Shown here: positions 54,172 to 64,000 of the stretch, one piece after another
How the letters are laid out: each line of letters opens with the position of its first letter
Numbering within the stretch: the stretch's first letter is position 1
NCBI GenBank assembly: GCA_964016885.1
Contig: OZ024740.1
Coordinates: 214,768,001-214,832,000, forward strand
Source: Eledone cirrhosa
Taxonomy: Eukaryota
Reading direction: 5' to 3'
Length of the DNA: 64,000 nt
Translations under genes and position numbers: made by a program
The notes under the pieces: generated by a model
Told to the model about the DNA's origin: nothing
Databases searched by the model: none
The model's input: the letters and a program-made list of their open reading frames with translations, nothing else

Positions 54172-54639
54172 AATGATTGCACATTCCTTTTTTTTACAAC
54201 TTTGCCACCGGGAAGGGGGCCAGTCAAAAATAAACTCAAAATTAGAGAAAGAGACTACATATACAACATACGTACAAATAGTTTTATCGGAATGACAGAG
54301 TATATACATTAAAAGAAATAAATTTTCAATGCGTCATTCGCCGTGATATGGATCTATGTTTCTAATAGAAAACGTGTATATAGAATTATTCATTCACTAT
54401 CGCCTTCATTAGCAGTTGATAAAGTTATCAGTCTGCTAGTGTTATATATATACAGACCGGCATTGCCACATTTTTTTAACCAATAGAATCTAACGAGACC
54501 AGTTCAAAATTCTACCATCTCTGTAAGTAAAGTTTTTACACCAGAATTAATACCAAATGGATGATTACATTCAGCGCTCACACTATTACCTGGTGATCAA
54601 GGTAAGGTATGTATTTATAATTTTATATATATAGGCTTC

Positions 54640-54825
54640 TGCCTGCTACTGGTACCATGTAACCCAGTATAACCTGTTTCATGGTCGAGTGGTCGGCGAC
54701 TAAACCAGTTCCCCCGAAAGACTCACATTTGATGAGGAATGTAAGTGGAACCCCAGCAGCACAAAAACAAGAGCTGTTAAAAGGGTGAGTGAACTCCTCA
54801 GAGTCAACAGCCATCTACCAAAACT
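54640..54825 (+). mobile_element. Diverged 5' part of the RTE-derived element
   Basis: Similar to 14075-14250. Confidence 0.7.
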
Positions 54826-55324
54826 ATGGATTAAATAACTTCATAAACACACAATTGGCCAAGCGAAGTAAGTACTACTACACCCCAGAAGACATGACCA
54901 AAACCAAACAAAGAGTGATGGAGGTCAACCAAGGCGGGGTTCCTCTAACAAGAAGGCTCCTGGATTTTGATTTGGATCTAGAGATTTACAAGAATTATGA
55001 ATCGATGTCGAGGGAAAAACTATAGAAAGCGTATGACTGATTTGATATGTGTAACTTGACTTATTTTCTAGGTTAAAGCTATTTATACATTGTGGCTCTG
55101 AAATTTAACGGTGGATTTGGGTTTTTTTGTTTACATTTCATTGAGTTCTTTGATAAGACTTTACATAAAGAGTTAGTCTCACTTCTCTCAAACAATATTT
55201 CTTCCTATCATTAATATAATAAAGTACCAGTAATGCACTGGGTAATTACTGGCCTTGTGCCTAACGTAGAAACAATTAATATAATTATAGTTCCCCTCTC
55301 TTAATTTCACAGTTGTTTTCGGAA

Positions 55325-55595
55325 GATGGATCTATAGCCTTCACTCCAACTCATGTGATGGATGTATAACCCTCACTCCCACTCAAGTGACGTATAACCC
55401 TCACTCCCACTCAAGAGATGTACTAAGCCCTCACTCCCATCCAAGTGATGGAAATATAGCCCTCATTTCCACTCAAGTGATGGACGTGTAATCCTCACTC
55501 CCACTCAAGAGATGGATGTATAACCCTCACTCCCACTCAAGTGACGTATAACCCTCACTCACACCCAAGAGATGGATGTATAACCCTCACTCACA
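55325..55595. repeat. Minisatellite, 28-33-bp unit GATGTATAACCCTCACTCCCACTCAAGTGA, ~8 copies
   Basis: Direct reading. Confidence 0.9.
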
Positions 55596-55787
55596 GATGC
55601 TACTAACTAAAAGTTATGTTGCAACAAAGCTATGAAATCTTTTAACAAAGATGAACAAATTAGTTTAAGAAATCTGTGTAATTTGCGGAATCATGTTTAC
55701 CAAGAAATCATTGAAGAAAATATATTTGGAGAGCACTCACACCCGTTTATCGTGGGCTGTTGTATAGGGGTGGATTAAACAAATAAA

Positions 55788-55823
<36 letters not shown>

Positions 55824-56413
55824 GCTTTTTTGACACGTTGAAAGGCTTCTATAGATGAGAAAACTGAACAAACAGGACATCAATTTTGGTCCTGTCAGTA
55901 AGATAGCGTAGTGTCAGGTTTTCTTAAAAGGGCCATTACGTTTATTAATGTTAAGTACCATAATCCCATAATCCCATAATCCTTCATCTTTCTAATACTA
56001 ACAACACATTTTATATATATATATATACATACATACATGTGTGTGTGTGTATGTGTATATATAAAAATTGTTGTTAGTATTATATATATATATATGCAGT
56101 GGCGGACTGGCCGGCTTGCCATGTTGCCCAATGACAGGTGGGTCCCAGGGAGCCCACGGTAGGATTGCAGGTGCTGACTGTAGTATTTTAGGGGCCAATG
56201 CTTTGCTTTCAAAATGTATCTTTACAAAAAAAGTCTTAGAGAAAGTATAACAAATTTTAAAAAGTAAATAAACAAATAAGCAAAGCATTTGGTCAAACAA
56301 TTCCCTAGGGAATTAATAGAAGCCAAAATATATGATAGTGCTAACAGTTGGAATCACTGGTTGTCTAAATTTATAGCTTACTGTATTCATTCATGCATAC
56401 ATGGACACACACA

Positions 56414-56616
<203 letters not shown>

Positions 56617-56694
56617 GTGTATAATGGTAGCTATGGTGCTTCCATAGGCGATATTCCAAAATTAGCACTCGATATTCATCAGAGTAGAGTGTAG

Positions 56695-57027
56695 ATAGTA
56701 TAAAGAAAACGAAAAATCAGTGATGAATCTGGACTTAATTTATTGCGTGTTACAATTGTTTCTCCGGCAGGTAGCTCGAGACATGGTCCTTGTATGGATC
56801 TGGCTGATTCTACTTCTGCAGGTTCTTTCAGACACGAGTATTTCGTTTGGAGCAAATTTTATCACTTTGCTCCAAACGAAATACTCGTGTCTGAAAGAAC
56901 CTGCAGAAGTAGAATCAGCCAGATCCATACAAGGACCATGTCTCGAGCTACCTGCCGGAGAAACAATTGTAATACGCAATAAATTAAGTCCAGATTCATC
57001 ACTGATTTTTCGTTTTCTTTATACTAT
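56695..57027. repeat. Near-perfect palindrome, 162-bp arms, 9-nt loop; each arm has an extended-domain-II hammerhead (56746-56836 minus; 56886-56976 plus; core CTGAAAGA)
   Basis: Arms read directly, one mismatch seen. Confidence 0.92.
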
Positions 57028-57258
57028 ATATATATATATATATATATACTATAAGAATAAAGGAACAAAGATTCAGTGTTGCATCATAACATATTTGATA
57101 ACATATTGCATATGTTTCACTATCGATCAGCTTGAGGAACGACCGATTATTGATCGATCCTGACTCTGTAATCGAAAATATTATACTCTGCTCCACGCGA
57201 ATATCGAGTGCTCACTCAGCATACCGCCTACGGACACAATATTTCTTGCAACCATACA

Positions 57259-57324
<66 letters not shown>

Positions 57325-57331
<7 letters not shown>

Positions 57332-58445
57332 GTTTGGAGTTAGAAGGCCAAAACAATTCAGGTATGAATATAGAATATAAATACAAATGCAAAAGATATT
57401 GCTGACAATTAGTCTTTTACCTTAAATTTATTTGAACATCCTTAATTTTCGAGATAATATCTCTTCTTCGGAGGTAAGTAAAGGGGTTAATCCAGTGTTC
57501 TAATTAGCTTGCTAAGTCATGCTGACAGGAAATGGTATAGAAATTCCATTCTATTTCTAATGTCAAAGAGTGAAGGTTAGGTGGATAAAGAGTTGTCTCC
57601 CTTTAAAAAGGGGTTTGGACATGTTGTTTAAGTGTGTGTGGGAGAATACGTGAAGGTGTAAGCATGCGTGTGTGTGTGTGCGCGTATGTGTGTGTGTGTG
57701 TGTGAGTATGAGAAATCATTTATCTTTATAACATAATAGTTAGGATAGAAGTTAAGGAAAGAAACCTCGGCAATCTTAGCATTAAAGAAGTACTGATTAT
57801 AGACAAAACGAAACCACCAATCATTAACAGACTAGAACTCAACACCCAATTTTTAACATGATAGAGCACCTAGCCCCACACTTACGCCTCCACGTACCCT
57901 CTCTCTCACACACACACATGCACACGCACACACACACGCTTACACCTCCACTTATTCTCTCTCACACACACACATACACACACAAAGACCAGTTTTAACA
58001 TGATAGAGCATCTAGCCCCCACATTTACATATAAACATATCCCCCCACACTCACACACACACACGCACACGCATGCTTACACCTTCACGTATTCTCCCAC
58101 ACACACTTAAACAACATGTCCAAACCCCTTTTTAAAGGGAGACAACTCTTTATCCAGCTAACCTTCACGCTTTGACATTAGAAATAGAATGGAATTTCTA
58201 TACCATTTCCTGTCAGCATGACTTGGCAAGCTAATTAGAACACTGGATTAACCCCTTTACTTACCTCCGAAGAAGAGATATTATCTCGAAAATTAAGGAT
58301 ATTCAAATAAATTTAAGGTAAAAGACTAATTGTCAGCAATATCTTTTGCATTTGTATTTATATTCTATATCCATACCTGAATTGTTTTGGCCTTCTAACT
58401 CCAAACTTTTATACCTCATTACGCAATGCTTCAAGTAAACTACAA
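57325..58445 (+). mobile_element. Truncated Penelope-like element: inverted 5' pLTR, GIY-YIG endonuclease C-terminal remnant (57727-57861), 3' pLTR
   Basis: Arms ~57325-57685 / 58058-58410; spacer reads IVRIEVKERNLGNLSIKEVLIIDKTKPPIINR, like the PLE L.I.E...I....P..N terminus. Confidence 0.75.
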
Positions 58446-58451
58446 TTTCCC

Positions 58452-58516
<65 letters not shown>

Positions 58517-58932
58517 CACACGAGCTGCTAGCCAAATATCTGTTGATATTAATGGGTTAAAGACATGTAAGATCAACTAGTGGTCAGTTCTTCTGTCTAA
58601 AGTCCCTAGGGAGAATGAGTCGCCAGATAATTTTTGTACAAGTTGAAAACATGTATGTATACATATATATATAAATCTATATATACACATGTACATGTAC
58701 ACACATACGCACACTCCCAGATATGTATATTGAGTGAGTATGAAAGACCAAAAAGTCTCTGGTTGTGTATATTTCGCAAGGTACTTTGTATTTTTTATTG
58801 GAGAAGGTAACAACGATCACTTGCATACACGACTCTAAATAACAGTATACTATACATTCACAAATTCCATTATAACATTCTGTATTAACATTTAGTATTA
58901 CTGTATGCTGCCTGTAATATATACAGTATATA

Positions 58933-59365
58933 TCTATATAACTAAAACAGAGAATGTCTGTCTGTCTGTCTGCCTGTCTGTCTCCCTAAAATTCGAGAAC
59001 CACCCAACCGATTTTTTCAAACTTTACACAATTAATACTTATGGTCCTTTCAATGCCCTAGGGACCGCATTAGGCGATTTAGCGACGTCTCTTTCTATAA
59101 TTCTTAGTCTTTCTTTTTAGATAGATATAACGTTGCGCGCTTATCATATCTGTCTGTGTGTCTGGCTGTCTGCATTACTACATTATGACGTCGCTATATG
59201 TGTGTGTGTATATATATGTATATATATAGTGTGTGTATATATATATATAGTGAGTAACGTTTTTCGAAATATTTACTTCTGCGTTTACAGATTGATTTTT
59301 TTAGTTTCAGAAGATCCCGTTAAGGGTGAAAAGCAGCTATTCTTTGCTTAAACTTTAATCTGTTA

Positions 59366-59443
<78 letters not shown>

Positions 59444-59589
59444 TATATTCGTGTACAGATATTTTTGCATACACAATAACAAAATATAAACAAACGTATT
59501 TATTTCACGAGGCTCGATAAGGATAAATATATATCAAATATATATGAACCCTAGAGCAAATCCCGAGCAACGCCGGGCCATTCTGCTAG
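58933..59589 (+). mobile_element. Non-autonomous Helitron
   Basis: A|TCTATATAACTAAA...(GTCT)n 5' end; 3' hairpin CCCG-AGCAACGC-CGGG then CTAG|T; no TSD. Confidence 0.88.
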
Positions 59590-59782
59590 TATACACTATA
59601 ATTAGTAAATAAATATACATTTTTTTCCGCAAAAATTTGATTGCACTGTTTTGTTTTCACTTTTGTATTTTTTGAAAATGTTATTTATTAATTATAAAAA
59701 TTAAATGATAGCATTTTATATATAGGTGGGCCCCCTTTATCTCCTGGCAACCAATATTTTTAGACCCAGTCCGCCACTGTAC

Positions 59783-59814
<32 letters not shown>

Positions 59815-60039
59815 AAGAGAGGCAGTTTCAATTATGAGGGTGGTAGCTAAGCAGGTGTTGAATTATATGTTTCTATACAATGCATTGTACATTGTACAAT
59901 GTATTGTGTCTGAGTCGAATCAGCGTGGCAAAGTCCTTGTTTCTCTCAGCTATTAACTCTGCCTGGAAATGTACAGGAAAACATATGAAAGAGAAATTGT
60001 ACGACCCCATATGAAATCTTTAGTAAGAAATTCCACACT

Positions 60040-63240
<3,201 letters not shown>

Positions 63241-63506
63241 GTTTTTATATTTATATGTGTATACGTATTTTATCTGTAGATTATAAACATACAGAGACAT
63301 TAGCCTTGAATTTTTGTATTTACATACATCTTTTTGGCATGCGTATGCATGTGAACATATATCTTTATGCATATCTGTGAACGAAGTTAATTACATATAT
63401 ACACACACATAACTGTATAAACTTTTTGTATTTTCATTGGTCAATTTGAACTGTGTTCCCAAACAGACCTGTAATTTTGAATTGTTGTTATTATCAATAA
63501 ATATAT

Positions 63507-63660
63507 TTCATTATTTCTGAAGACGGCATATATATGTGTTGGTATGTATATTTAATTTTGATAGTTTGTATAATTTTGTATAATTTTGTACATAGATCTG
63601 TTGAATATGCATGCCAATTCTAACACATATATATCCTAGAAACGATCGTTAAATAATGAA
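63507..63660 (+). ncRNA. Type-I hammerhead ribozyme with long stem II
   Basis: TTCATTATTT-CTGAAGA-CGGCATATATATGTGTTGG...CTAACACATATATATCCTA-GAAAC-GATC-GTT-AAATAATGAA; 10-bp stem I, palindromic stem III. Confidence 0.82.
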
Positions 63661-63854
63661 CTTTTTTTGTTTAATATAAGGAACTGTTTCATTGTTTTAT
63701 TCATTATTTTTTTAATATTTTATCTTGACTCTGTATTCCGTTTATCTTTCACCGAAAGTGATATTTCATTGCATCTCTTCTTTCCATGATATCCGGATTA
63801 CATTGAGTTCTTCATACGGATTGGACACTACCGTAAACTCTTGGTAGATTTATC

Positions 63855-63915
<61 letters not shown>

Positions 63916-64000
63916 AGGTGTATTATTGGTTGTGTCATACAGTCCAATAAACTTTTGTTAGCAATATTAAGTTATCCACGCTTCTGTATATCTCCAAATC

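Noticed and set aside
56740-56982. Two nearly identical 79-aa ORFs on opposite strands
   Set aside because: A direct consequence of the palindrome

Overview
Repeat-saturated, AT-rich animal genomic DNA, most likely an octopus/cephalopod intergenic or intronic region. This inference rests on the abundant tRNA-derived SINE with the GTTCAAATCCCGCCGAGGTYAACTTTGCCTTTCATCC body and on the extreme (TA)n/(CA)n/(GATA)n load. I found no convincing intact host protein-coding gene: almost every ORF in the track is a microsatellite or satellite translation or a decayed transposon. Content: five tandem arrays (10, 29, 41, 43 and 52 bp units); more than 15 SINE copies; decayed non-LTR retrotransposons of four clades (Tx1/L1, RTE-BovB, R4/Dong-like, CRE-like); bipartite non-autonomous RTE elements; Helitron pieces; and hAT and Tc1/mariner-type MITEs. 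The main signal not explained by the ORF track is at the RNA level. About 14 type-I hammerhead-ribozyme folds with recognisable cores, plus several variant-core candidates, occur in several unrelated sequence families. They mostly lie in 55-370 bp inverted repeats bounded by (TA)n tracts, and one such inverted repeat encloses a Penelope GIY-YIG C-terminal remnant. They include a U3:A8 covariant hammerhead and a family with a conserved ~60-nt two-hairpin domain II. A separate 260-bp permuted unit carries a tRNA-like cloverleaf. All folds were made by eye; activity is inferred, not shown, and coordinates of decayed elements are approximate.
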